Shown here piece after piece: positions 46,259 to 55,541 of a stretch of DNA of 64,000 nucleotides; position 1 is the stretch's first letter; the number at the start of each line of letters is the position of its first letter. The notes under the pieces were generated by a model. It saw only the letters and a program-made list of their open reading frames with translations, ran no database searches and had not been told where the DNA came from. A program made the position numbers and the translations under genes. Source of the stretch: a virus; the IMG/VR virus record IMGVR_UViG_3300027977_000027, positions 1-64,000 of that record. One strand, 5' to 3'.

Positions 46259-46420
46259 ATGAAAAAAATGTTTATAGGTTTGAGTCTAGTGGTTCTTTTA
46301 GCTTCTTGTGGTAGCAATAGCACTAATGTCGAAGTTCCAGCTCCAGCTTCAGATTCAACAGCAACTAGTGTTTATACTGGTGTAGCACCATCTGTTGATA
46401 CAACAAAAGTTGTAAAATAG
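46259..46420 (+). CDS. Small lipoprotein, missing from ORF track
   Basis: MKKMFIGLSLVVLLASCGSNSTNVEVPAPASDSTATSVYTGVAPSVDTTKVVK; lipobox LASC. Confidence 0.7.
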   Translation: MKKMFIGLSLVVLLASCGSNSTNVEVPAPASDSTATSVYTGVAPSVDTTKVVK

Positions 46421-46566
46421 TTTTCAATTAACGAGATGTTGATTCGTCTCGTTTATTCTAGGTAAAACCATAAGAACATTGTTATATGATAACTATGTTG
46501 TGACTAAATGTAAAATAATGGACAGTGGTGAATGTAATAAACAGGAAAATACTGGGGACAGTATGT

Positions 46567-47484
46567 CTAGCGTAAAATAACACCTAATAGTTCATCAATC
46601 TTATTTAATTCATTAAATTTAACCCTAATTAAGTTAGGGTTTTCTTTTTGGTCACAATACAATGTTTTAATTTTATCTCGTTTCTTTATTAATGCCAAAT
46701 TATTGTTCTTATTATTAAAAACACTAACCTCTTTAAAATGTTGTTCTCCATCATATTCTATACATACATTATATTCTGGTAAATAAAAATCAAACGGTAA
46801 TGGTCGAATATCACGACAGTCTGAGAATTTATGTTGTCTATTGTAGTGAATCTTATGTGTATCCAACCATTTAGCTATTTCACGTTCACCCTTAGATTCA
46901 CGACATATTGGACAACCATTTTTATTTGATATATGGTCATTTGGTGTCTGCTCAAACTCACCATGTTCTGGACATATAATGGTAACTTTTTTATTTATTT
47001 TTTCATAAACTACCTTAGAGTAATCATAAAAATTACCATGTACCTCAATTGATTTTTTTATGAAATATTCATTATTTTTAGTTCTATTATTAGACCTAGT
47101 TAGTAACCCACATGCTTGACATCCATAACCAAATAAATGATTGGATACCGTTTGCTCAAACTCACCGTGTTCTGGACAACCTATTTTTATTTTCTCACTA
47201 GTTTTGTCAAACGTGACTTTAGAGTAGTCATACTTGTTATTATGTTTTTTATTTGCTTTTAATAGGAATGCTGCTAAATTTATTTTTACACCACCGTTAC
47301 ATTTAGGGCAACCGTGATTTCTAACATGACTATCTGGTGTCTGCTCAAACTCACCATGCTCTGGACATATTATGGTAACTTTAACGTGTGGTCCTAGATA
47401 GACTACTTTAGAATAATCGTATTTAGTACCATGACTTTTTATTGCTCTAGCGATAAAATTCTTTTGTTTAGTTTCTTGATTCAT
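46567..47484 (-). CDS. Homing endonuclease with three Cys/His zinc repeats and Vsr-like nuclease domain
   Basis: 3x YDYSKV...ICPEHGEFEQ...H...GCPxC; PFDFY...IEYDGEQH. Confidence 0.85.
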   Translation of the reverse strand: MNQETKQKNFIARAIKSHGTKYDYSKVVYLGPHVKVTIICPEHGEFEQTPDSHVRNHGCPKCNGGVKINLAAFLLKANKKHNNKYDYSKVTFDKTSEKIKIGCPEHGEFEQTVSNHLFGYGCQACGLLTRSNNRTKNNEYFIKKSIEVHGNFYDYSKVVYEKINKKVTIICPEHGEFEQTPNDHISNKNGCPICRESKGEREIAKWLDTHKIHYNRQHKFSDCRDIRPLPFDFYLPEYNVCIEYDGEQHFKEVSVFNNKNNNLALIKKRDKIKTLYCDQKENPNLIRVKFNELNKIDELLGVILR

Positions 47485-47950
47485 ATATTATAAATATCTG
47501 TCATTTTATTAAAAAACATTTTTTTAACAAAATACTTTCGAATTTTTAAAAACACTTGCATAATAGAAAAAAAATTTGTACCTTTGTGTGTAATTTAAGA
47601 ATAGAAAAATTTATGGATGTGATTGAATATATTGTAACTGATATTTTTGAAGGAAAATATAATAACGTTTATGATTTGGAAAACAAATTTTATGATGACA
47701 TTAAACTTCGTCTAAGAAATGAGTCTGAAAAAAATATTTTTTTTTAGAAAGATTAAGAACTTCTATTATTTCAGAAGGTGAAAATTATATAAGAAAATGC
47801 AATTGTGGTAAGGCCAGCTGTGGGTATGTATCTATGAAAAATAGTTCAATAAAAATTATAGATGCTTTAATTATGGAATTAAAAGAATAGTCGGTGATAT
47901 TGAAAGAAGAGGTAAATTTATTTACATAACAGGAACAAAAGAATAAAAAC

Positions 47951-48277
47951 ATGACAGAAATTAAATTTAATTTAACGCTTAATTTTAACCCAGATGCATC
48001 TGGGTCACCTAGACCAACAATAATTAACTTACCAGAAAACACTGATGGTGGTTTGACATATATCTTTGATGAAGTAATCATACCACACTCAAAAGAGTAT
48101 TTAAAAGAAATAGAAAAAAATGATTTTACTGATTTTTATTACTACATACTAGAAAATATTACATTTAGGGATAGTAACGGTAAATTTCAACATTTTAAAG
48201 GTATTGATTACGAAGCTATTATTGAATCAACAGAGGAAAAGACCGTATACAAAAATTTTAAAATTATTTATGAATAA
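47951..48277 (+). CDS. Hypothetical protein
   Basis: 108 aa ORF. Confidence 0.6.
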   Translation: MTEIKFNLTLNFNPDASGSPRPTIINLPENTDGGLTYIFDEVIIPHSKEYLKEIEKNDFTDFYYYILENITFRDSNGKFQHFKGIDYEAIIESTEEKTVYKNFKIIYE

Positions 48278-48327
48278 GTAATATTTACTTATAAATAAAA
48301 GTGTATTATAATTAATTATGGATAAAG

Positions 48328-48762
48328 GTGAGAGTACCAACAAGGAAGAAGATAGGTACCATTTGTTTGGCCGTGGCCAGTTTCCTAAACCCTTTTGGGT
48401 TCGATATTTTAGTTTACAAATTAATGTCATTAACCAACGACTATTGGACCACAATGCATATATTATATGTATCTGCGGCCCTATTCTTTGGGGTCTCTTA
48501 TATTTCATTTAAGTTAGGTAAAAAAATACTGGCAAATGTTACCATGACTATGGCTTTATTTTTAAATCCTTTTGGTTACGATTTGATAGTTTTCTTTATA
48601 AATGAAATGACTCATAGTTATTGGGTTACCATGTCTGTTATGTATTTAATGTCTGGGTTGTTTTTTTCTGGTTTTATGTTTTTTTACAATATAAACCTAA
48701 TAAACGTTTTAAAAAACAATATTTATCAATATATAAAAAAAAAATTAATCAAAAATGGATAA
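48328..48762 (+). CDS. Four-TM membrane protein with internal duplication
   Basis: FLNPFGFD...YWTTM and FLNPFGYD...YWVTM. Confidence 0.7.
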   Translation: MRVPTRKKIGTICLAVASFLNPFGFDILVYKLMSLTNDYWTTMHILYVSAALFFGVSYISFKLGKKILANVTMTMALFLNPFGYDLIVFFINEMTHSYWVTMSVMYLMSGLFFSGFMFFYNINLINVLKNNIYQYIKKKLIKNG

Positions 48763-49234
48763 AACATTTGATGACTTGTTCAATGAGTTCTTAAAAAGAA
48801 ACAAAGAAACAATGGGTGGCGACCCTATGAGTGCTTTTAAAAATGAAGCAAAAAAGTTAATTGACATGATTAAGAATTTTGAGAGCGTTGATGATGTAGG
48901 TGATGAATTAGAGAAAAAAATGGATGTAACATTAGGTAAACCAGATAGAATAGAAACATACTTAGATGGTATTTTCTTCTTTGAAAAAAGAATCTGGTAC
49001 ACACCAAATGGTGAGATAGTAAAGATAACTGCATCTGATAACCCAAATAAAATCAAACCCCAAGAAACTGAAAAAAGTCTGGAAGAACAATTAAAATATG
49101 CTATTTCAGAAGAAAATTATGAAAAAGCCGCTGAAATAAGAGACAAAATAAAAATGCTTGAAGCCAAGCCAGACAAGGCTTCTGGACAAAAAATCAAAAA
49201 AAGTAAAAAAAAATCTAAAGCCAAACATGTCTAA
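48755..49234 (+). CDS. UVR (UvrB/C) domain protein
   Basis: LKYAISEENYEKAAEIRDKIK. Confidence 0.75.
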   Translation: MDKTFDDLFNEFLKRNKETMGGDPMSAFKNEAKKLIDMIKNFESVDDVGDELEKKMDVTLGKPDRIETYLDGIFFFEKRIWYTPNGEIVKITASDNPNKIKPQETEKSLEEQLKYAISEENYEKAAEIRDKIKMLEAKPDKASGQKIKKSKKKSKAKHV

Positions 49235-49373
49235 AAAATATATCAAAAAGTTTAATAATTTGGCTGAACTTGAACCAAAAGTCAGTCACATGGTATATTC
49301 CAAAGTTGATGGGTCAAAAAATAAATATCGTTTTGACTAAACGCTAAACGTTGAATATTTATAGTAAAAAAAC

Positions 49374-50498
49374 ATGAAACAGTTTATCAAAAAAATATTA
49401 ACAGAAAATCTTAACACTATATATGAGATTGACCTTCAAGGGGCGTTTAAAGATGTATCTTTTAAACAGTTAACTGTTGATGAAGCCAGAGAATATTTGG
49501 AGAGAGTAATCGCAAATTGCGAGAAAAAACCAGCTGAAAGAGAAAAACTAGCGACAAATAAACCTTATATACATGGAAAAACAATTCCAAAAGGTGTTGA
49601 AGGAGAAATAGATATGGATGCGTTCATTAAGAATATAACTTCTATGCCAAAAGAAATTTTGAGCGTAAACGCTAAAATGGAAAAATCGACTGCTGATAAT
49701 TCTCTTACTGTTAATATTGGTATACCAGCTTTAAGAGGTTTGGTTTATGATTTGGAAGCTGGTGTTTTTTATATCGTTAATACGTGTCCAGGGGCTGGAG
49801 CCTGTGCTTTATTTTGTTATGCAAGACAAGGTAGTTACGTAATGTTTCCAGGGGTTTTTGTTAAACAAACCAGAATCTTAAATTTGCTTCTTAATTTCCC
49901 AGAGAGATTTGAGAAATTACTATTAAGAGAATTAGAAGCTGTTGCGTTGAAGAATCCAGACAAATCAATAAAGATGAGGTGGAATGATGCTGGTGATTTT
50001 TTCAGCCAAGAATATTTTAACATAGCTTATAGAATAACCAAACAATTAAAAACTGATGGTTATGATGTAACTTCATATGCATATAGCAAGATGGCCAATG
50101 TAGCCAACTTAGAAGACGAAGATTTTGTTGTCAATGTATCTGGAGATATCAATGTAAAACAGTCTACGCAGATAAAAGACATTGAAAGCAAAAAGAATCA
50201 AGTTACGGTACCTAAAGTTTTATTTGATGATTTATTGGTAAAAGACAAAAAAGAATATGCGGTAGATGAAAAAGGCAAAGTTATATTTAAACAAGGAAAA
50301 GATGGTGTTGATACTTTGAAGAAAAGAATTTCTTTAAAATATGACGTTCCAGATGAAACACTTTTGACTTATGATGAAATGTTGAAGACACCAAAAGGTG
50401 AAAAGAACCAGTATAACGTAGTGATAATGCCAAAAGGTGATGGGGATGTAGCGGCACAAAGAACAGATGTAAAAACCAGTTTCTTATTAATCCACTAA
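49374..50498 (+). CDS. Gp88-like Fe-S (radical-SAM-like) protein
   Basis: TCPGAGACALFCYA, RWNDAGDF, YAYSK; MKQFIKKILTENL leader. Confidence 0.7.
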   Translation: MKQFIKKILTENLNTIYEIDLQGAFKDVSFKQLTVDEAREYLERVIANCEKKPAEREKLATNKPYIHGKTIPKGVEGEIDMDAFIKNITSMPKEILSVNAKMEKSTADNSLTVNIGIPALRGLVYDLEAGVFYIVNTCPGAGACALFCYARQGSYVMFPGVFVKQTRILNLLLNFPERFEKLLLRELEAVALKNPDKSIKMRWNDAGDFFSQEYFNIAYRITKQLKTDGYDVTSYAYSKMANVANLEDEDFVVNVSGDINVKQSTQIKDIESKKNQVTVPKVLFDDLLVKDKKEYAVDEKGKVIFKQGKDGVDTLKKRISLKYDVPDETLLTYDEMLKTPKGEKNQYNVVIMPKGDGDVAAQRTDVKTSFLLIH

Positions 50499-50565
50499 TG
50501 ATAACGATAGCTTTAATCACATTACTAATTAAAATATTGAAAAAGCGTAGTATCTCTTGTGTACG

Positions 50566-50700
50566 TTATCTACCTTGACCTCTGTACTTTTTTGGTTTTT
50601 CGGCTTTAGGTCCGAATTTTTTTTTAGCTTTACCTTTGCATTTCTTTTTACCAAATGTGATAACTGATGAAACAGACGATTTTAAATCTTTTTTTGCCAT
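50566..50700 (-). CDS. Small basic phage protein ending KKYRGQGR
   Basis: MAKKDLKSSVSSVITFGKKKCKGKAKKKFGPKAEKPKKYRGQGR. Confidence 0.7.
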   Translation of the reverse strand: MAKKDLKSSVSSVITFGKKKCKGKAKKKFGPKAEKPKKYRGQGR

Positions 50701-50765
50701 TTTGTGTTTTTATTAATAAATAGTTGCTTTTTTAAAAAAATTATAGTACCTTTGGGAAAACCAAT

Positions 50766-51017
50766 ATGAAAAATTTAATTATTATAGACATCGACACTGA
50801 AAGAGAACAGGTGGTCAAAATAAACAAACCAACTGATTTTGTAATGCCCACCACACCAGATGAGGCTAAAAAGATGATAACTGATGATATATCTTGCACA
50901 CTTGAGGCGTTGTGTACGTTGATTTATGTTTGTGAACAAAACAATTACGGAAACAAAAAAGACTTGGTTAACACATGTATAAAATATTTAAATGACTTGT
51001 CAAACCAAAATAAATAA
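50766..51017 (+). CDS. Hypothetical protein
   Basis: 83 aa with promoter. Confidence 0.6.
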   Translation: MKNLIIIDIDTEREQVVKINKPTDFVMPTTPDEAKKMITDDISCTLEALCTLIYVCEQNNYGNKKDLVNTCIKYLNDLSNQNK

Positions 51018-51076
51018 ATCAAATAATTTGCTAAATCGATATTAATTTTGTACCTTTGCTTGAAACAAAAAAAAAT

Positions 51077-51268
51077 ATGGTTGAAAAATGCGTTGCAGTT
51101 ATAGATTCTTGTTCAACACAAGAGCAGTTGAAAAGTGCTGTAAACTATGTGTGGTTGGCTTATAACTATATAAAGGATAGTTGTATTCATGATGAGTTAA
51201 TTAAATTGATAAAATTAAAAGAGAGAGTGTTAAATTATGAGCAAATTAAGAAAGGAAATAATAGGTGA
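51077..51268 (+). CDS. Hypothetical protein
   Basis: VIDSCSTQEQL motif. Confidence 0.55.
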   Translation: MVEKCVAVIDSCSTQEQLKSAVNYVWLAYNYIKDSCIHDELIKLIKLKERVLNYEQIKKGNNR

Positions 51269-51449
51269 TGAGCTTTATCTTTTTAACGAAAAAAACGAAT
51301 TAATATTTAAACGTTGGTTAAAGTGGGGATATTCTAAAGTGTTTGATGTTATGACATATGGTAAAAACGATACCTATGTTTCTGTTACTGATAACGGTTT
51401 AAAATACAAAGATAAACAAGTTATCAATAGTCGTAGCGACATCAAATAA
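51237..51449 (+). CDS. Hypothetical protein
   Basis: 70 aa ORF. Confidence 0.55.
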   Translation: MSKLRKEIIGDELYLFNEKNELIFKRWLKWGYSKVFDVMTYGKNDTYVSVTDNGLKYKDKQVINSRSDIK

Positions 51450-51586
51450 TCTTGTTATTAACAAGGACAAAAAGTTTCTTAAATACTTGTTAGTTTTAAA
51501 ATAATTTAGTACCTTTGTGATTCAATCAATGAGTAGCAAAAGAAAAAAATATCATATCATTATTATTTGGTAATTAAAAAATTAAT

Positions 51587-52018
51587 ATGACATTAAAAGA
51601 AAAAATTAACAATGATTTCATGGAAGCTTACAAAGCTAAAGACATGGAACGGAAAAATTTTTTGGGTCTTATAAAAGGCACGATTCAAACGCAAGAAGGT
51701 AAGATGGTGGAATCGACAGATGAAAACGTTTTAAAGGTTCTAAAAGCTTTAGAAAAAGGTTTGGTTGACACATTAGAAGCTAAAGAAAAATTAGGTCAAG
51801 ATTTAACCAAAGTTAAAAAAGAACTATCTTATTTAACACCATATCTACCAGTTCTAATGAGCGAAGAAGAAATTAATTCTATAGTGAGTGAATTGATGAC
51901 TAGAAATAACGTTAATAAAAACCAAGGCTTCCTAATGGGGTTGTTTAACAAAGAACAAAAAGGAAAAGCTTTTGACAATAAAACGGTGAGTAAAATTATA
52001 TCTGAAAAATTAGTTTAA
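51587..52018 (+). CDS. GatB/YqeY domain protein
   Basis: LKEKINNDFMEAYKAKD, YLPVLMSEEEI, GKAFDNK. Confidence 0.85.
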   Translation: MTLKEKINNDFMEAYKAKDMERKNFLGLIKGTIQTQEGKMVESTDENVLKVLKALEKGLVDTLEAKEKLGQDLTKVKKELSYLTPYLPVLMSEEEINSIVSELMTRNNVNKNQGFLMGLFNKEQKGKAFDNKTVSKIISEKLV

Positions 52019-52096
52019 TGAGTTTAACGTTAATATTTTCTATATTTTTCATGCATTGATTTTTAACTTTTTATTTGCTAACTTAATTAATAATAT

Positions 52097-52681
52097 ATGA
52101 CAACAGAACAAATCCATGCGAGCTTGGACAATATGCTTGGCAATCCAAAATCTAAAAACTTTTTAAACCACTTGGTTAGGTCTTATGTACCTGTGAGCAA
52201 TGTTGATAAAGTTTGGAAAAAACCAGAGGGTGATTTTAAATGTTCAATAACAAAAGAGCCGTTGATTTCTGCACAAGAAATTATGGATGGTATCCAAACT
52301 GAAGAGTTCAAAACAGATTTCATGAATAATGTTAAATCTATATTTGACGAAAACTATTATAAGACATCACCATTTGCCAAACTTATAGGTGATAAAAAGT
52401 TAGGTGTCACTGGAAAGGATACGACAACATTTATGTCATATTCTGTGTATCAAGAATTTTTTAATTGGGTGATTACCAAGTCACTTAAGGGTGATAAACA
52501 TATCAATTGGTTATTGGGTTCAATAAAACGTGAGACTTTTGTTGAACGTGCCTCAGAGATAGAGGATAAAGAAGTGAAAGAAAAAGCGCAAAAACTGAAA
52601 AAAAATAGTGGTAGTGCAACCTATACAATAGGAGATGCTAGCGATGTTCTATTAAAATTAAAAGAAAAATTTAATAAATAA
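52097..52681 (+). CDS. Hypothetical protein
   Basis: 194 aa ORF. Confidence 0.7.
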   Translation: MTTEQIHASLDNMLGNPKSKNFLNHLVRSYVPVSNVDKVWKKPEGDFKCSITKEPLISAQEIMDGIQTEEFKTDFMNNVKSIFDENYYKTSPFAKLIGDKKLGVTGKDTTTFMSYSVYQEFFNWVITKSLKGDKHINWLLGSIKRETFVERASEIEDKEVKEKAQKLKKNSGSATYTIGDASDVLLKLKEKFNK

Positions 52682-52686
52682 GCAAA

Positions 52687-53988
52687 ATGGGTAGAGGAAA
52701 AACAATTAAGTCAGAAATAATCACTAAAATACTTGAAGATTTAGAAGATGAAGCTATTCAACCGATTGATATTGAAATTGATGATTTTGGTATCATAGTA
52801 CGAGAACCAGAAATAGAAGAAGACGAGGATTATTTGTCAAATTCGTTGACTGATGACATTACCTTCATTGAGTTTGCAATAGTAAATGCATTTTTGCATT
52901 CTTCATATAAGAACAAACAAAAAAGTATTGAAATTACGTCATATGGGAATGTTGATAATGTTGGTAGAGTTAGTTTTGGTGGTATATATGAAGTTACTGG
53001 TTCTTATTGGTATGCTGCTAAATTAAAAAATGATGAGGATGAGTACATCATTCAAACTAGAATGTTCCAAGACAACAGAAATGATGTCTGCACTCAATTG
53101 ACTATTAGTAGCAAAAAGGGTAATACACATAGTAACTTTGAAAAATTATTTAAAGATATTATTTCACTGGCGTTTAACAATTCCGAGTACAAAGGTAAGT
53201 GTATAAAAGTTAAACTTAGAGAAGGTCGTTTTACAAGTATTGAAATCATCAATATTGAAGAATCAAAAAATGAACTAATACTAAATGATGTTCAGAAAAA
53301 ATTTATTGAACATTTTATAACACGTGTGTCTAAAGGTGGTTATGCACGTTACTTGTTGAATGGTGAACCAGGAACTGGTAAAACTGAAAGTATACGTGAA
53401 ATTGCGAGAAGACTTATTCCACAAGTTACTTTTATTATACCAGAGTTTGTCGATACTAACGACCTTACTCTTATCTTGGAAGCTTGTGAAATTTTTGAAA
53501 ACGGAGTTATCATAATGGATGATATAGATTTATATCTGGGTTCACGTGACAATGGGAGTTACACTCGCTTATTAGGTCAATTCTTATCATTCTTTGATGG
53601 TGTCAAGAAAAGAAAAATAAGTTTGTTGGCTTCAACAAATGATAAGGGATTGGTTGATAAAGCAGCTGAAAGGCCAGGTCGCTTTAATTTCACTTTGGAC
53701 TATAGTTTCTTAAACGAAGAACAAATTGTTAAAGTTTGTGATATCCACTTATCGGAAAAATGGAGAATAAAAGAAGTTTATGATGCATTAACTGGTACAA
53801 TAAATGGTAAAAAAGTAAATATAACTGGTGCCTTCATCGCTAACTTGGCCGATAACTTGAAAGAAATGTCTGATGGTGATGATAACTGGGGTATTGATGA
53901 TACAGTTTCTTTAATAAAAGAATCGTACAAGGGATTCTACGCCAGTCAATTAGAAAAAGAAAAACAAACCTTGGGGTTCAAAGTATAA
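52687..53988 (+). CDS. AAA+ ATPase
   Basis: GEPGTGKT, IIMDDID, ASTN, ERPGRF. Confidence 0.88.
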   Translation: MGRGKTIKSEIITKILEDLEDEAIQPIDIEIDDFGIIVREPEIEEDEDYLSNSLTDDITFIEFAIVNAFLHSSYKNKQKSIEITSYGNVDNVGRVSFGGIYEVTGSYWYAAKLKNDEDEYIIQTRMFQDNRNDVCTQLTISSKKGNTHSNFEKLFKDIISLAFNNSEYKGKCIKVKLREGRFTSIEIINIEESKNELILNDVQKKFIEHFITRVSKGGYARYLLNGEPGTGKTESIREIARRLIPQVTFIIPEFVDTNDLTLILEACEIFENGVIIMDDIDLYLGSRDNGSYTRLLGQFLSFFDGVKKRKISLLASTNDKGLVDKAAERPGRFNFTLDYSFLNEEQIVKVCDIHLSEKWRIKEVYDALTGTINGKKVNITGAFIANLADNLKEMSDGDDNWGIDDTVSLIKESYKGFYASQLEKEKQTLGFKV

Positions 53989-53999
53989 AATACTAATGT

Positions 54000-54341
54000 A
54001 TGAATGTAGCGGTTATTGGTAGCCGAAGTTTTAAAAACTTCGAATTGTTAAAGAATACATTATCCAAAATTGAGATTAGTTTGATTATTTCTGGTGGTGC
54101 TGATGGTGCTGACTCTATGGCAGCGCTTTATGCAAAAGAACATTCCATACCAACAAAAATATTTTTACCTGATTGGAAAAAATATGGTAAATCAGCTGGC
54201 ATGATAAGGAACACAGATATAATAAATGAGTCTGATATTGTTGTTGCTTTTTGGGACAATCAGTCAAGAGGAACGTTTGACGGTATAGAAAAAGCGAAAA
54301 AATTAAACAAAAAATTAATTTTGATAACCTTTGAAAATTGA
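54000..54341 (+). CDS. SLOG family protein (DUF2493/YspA-like)
   Basis: IGSR, ISGGADGAD, GKSAGMIRN, AFWDNQSRGT. Confidence 0.85.
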   Translation: MNVAVIGSRSFKNFELLKNTLSKIEISLIISGGADGADSMAALYAKEHSIPTKIFLPDWKKYGKSAGMIRNTDIINESDIVVAFWDNQSRGTFDGIEKAKKLNKKLILITFEN

Positions 54342-54378
54342 AATAAAAACAGTATATTTGCAATTATAAATTATAAGT

Positions 54379-54573
54379 ATGAGTAAACAAACGATTAGTG
54401 TTGGCGTAGCCAATGAAAAAGAAAAGAACATTGAAGTTGAAGAACTAAAAACATGGACACCTAAAAACATCAGTTATTTTAGTGACACCGTGTACTTTAA
54501 ACATGATGGCACTTATTTTTCCATGAAAAGATTAGATTACGACAAAATATTTAACCAAAAAATGGATAAGTGA
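54379..54573 (+). CDS. Hypothetical protein
   Basis: 64 aa with promoter. Confidence 0.55.
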   Translation: MSKQTISVGVANEKEKNIEVEELKTWTPKNISYFSDTVYFKHDGTYFSMKRLDYDKIFNQKMDK

Positions 54574-54574
54574 T

Positions 54575-54880
54575 ATGAAAAAACTAAATTTATTTTTAAT
54601 TTTTGGTATGTTGGTTGTTTTATCAATGTCTGGCTGTGCAGATGCTATTAATGTTAAAGATTGTATTGAACCATCTGAACATGTTTATGGTTTTTGGGGT
54701 GGTACATGGCATGGGGTCATTAGTGGGTTTTCATTCATTGGTAGTTTGTTTAGTGATGATATTGCTGTATATGCTATTAACAATAACGGTAGCTGGTATA
54801 ACTTTGGTTTTGTGGGTGGTTTGTTTCTTATTTTAAGAATATTTGCACAGATAATAAAAAGCTTAAGTAAAATAAAATAA
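54575..54880 (+). CDS. Membrane lipoprotein
   Basis: Lipobox MSGC, GFWGGTWHG, NNGSWYNFGF. Confidence 0.75.
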   Translation: MKKLNLFLIFGMLVVLSMSGCADAINVKDCIEPSEHVYGFWGGTWHGVISGFSFIGSLFSDDIAVYAINNNGSWYNFGFVGGLFLILRIFAQIIKSLSKIK

Positions 54881-54887
54881 TATTAAT

Positions 54888-55247
54888 ATGAGTGTAATTA
54901 AGTTTGATTTAAAAAAAGAGCATGTGCTTTTACTAAAAAATTTACGTTGGAGCGTAAATCATCAAGGCATAATTAGTGGTGTTGCCGATGAGGGTGATGA
55001 AACTGCGCCACCATTTGGTGAATATAATATTCACGATGCTATCAATTTAATATTGAATGGTAAACCTAAAGATATTGATTTGTTGACACACGATTCTTTT
55101 TTTACATATAAGGATGAAGAAATTGCTGAATGGGATAAGTTATATTCAGAACTACCAACGGCTTTAGAAATAATTTTATTCAATGGTAATTTTGAGTTAG
55201 GTACATATAAAACAAAATTCCATCTTCGTGATTGGAAAAAACTATAA
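54888..55247 (+). CDS. Hypothetical protein
   Basis: 119 aa ORF. Confidence 0.65.
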   Translation: MSVIKFDLKKEHVLLLKNLRWSVNHQGIISGVADEGDETAPPFGEYNIHDAINLILNGKPKDIDLLTHDSFFTYKDEEIAEWDKLYSELPTALEIILFNGNFELGTYKTKFHLRDWKKL

Positions 55248-55259
55248 AAAAAAACTTTT

Positions 55260-55466
55260 ATGAGTGAAAATAAAAAATCATATGCTATCGTAAAAACTTT
55301 CAATCTAGTTGATAAATTAGATACTGTTTTGCTGGTTGATATACATTCTGAAATTTGGGAATTTGATAATTTTGATGAAGCACAAGCGATAGCTGACATA
55401 TTAACAAAAAACTCTGATTATGGTTGTGTTTATTTTGTAAGGTCTATAAATAATATTGAACAATAA
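55260..55466 (+). CDS. Hypothetical protein
   Basis: 68 aa ORF. Confidence 0.55.
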   Translation: MSENKKSYAIVKTFNLVDKLDTVLLVDIHSEIWEFDNFDEAQAIADILTKNSDYGCVYFVRSINNIEQ

Positions 55467-55541
55467 AATATACCGTTTAGATTTGCTATATATAATTTTT
55501 TAGTATATTTGCAAAATAACATTTTATAAATAAAATTATTG

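Noticed and set aside
46430-46566. Intron or ncRNA beside the endonuclease at 46567
   Set aside because: Only short hairpins seen, no interrupted gene; insufficient support.
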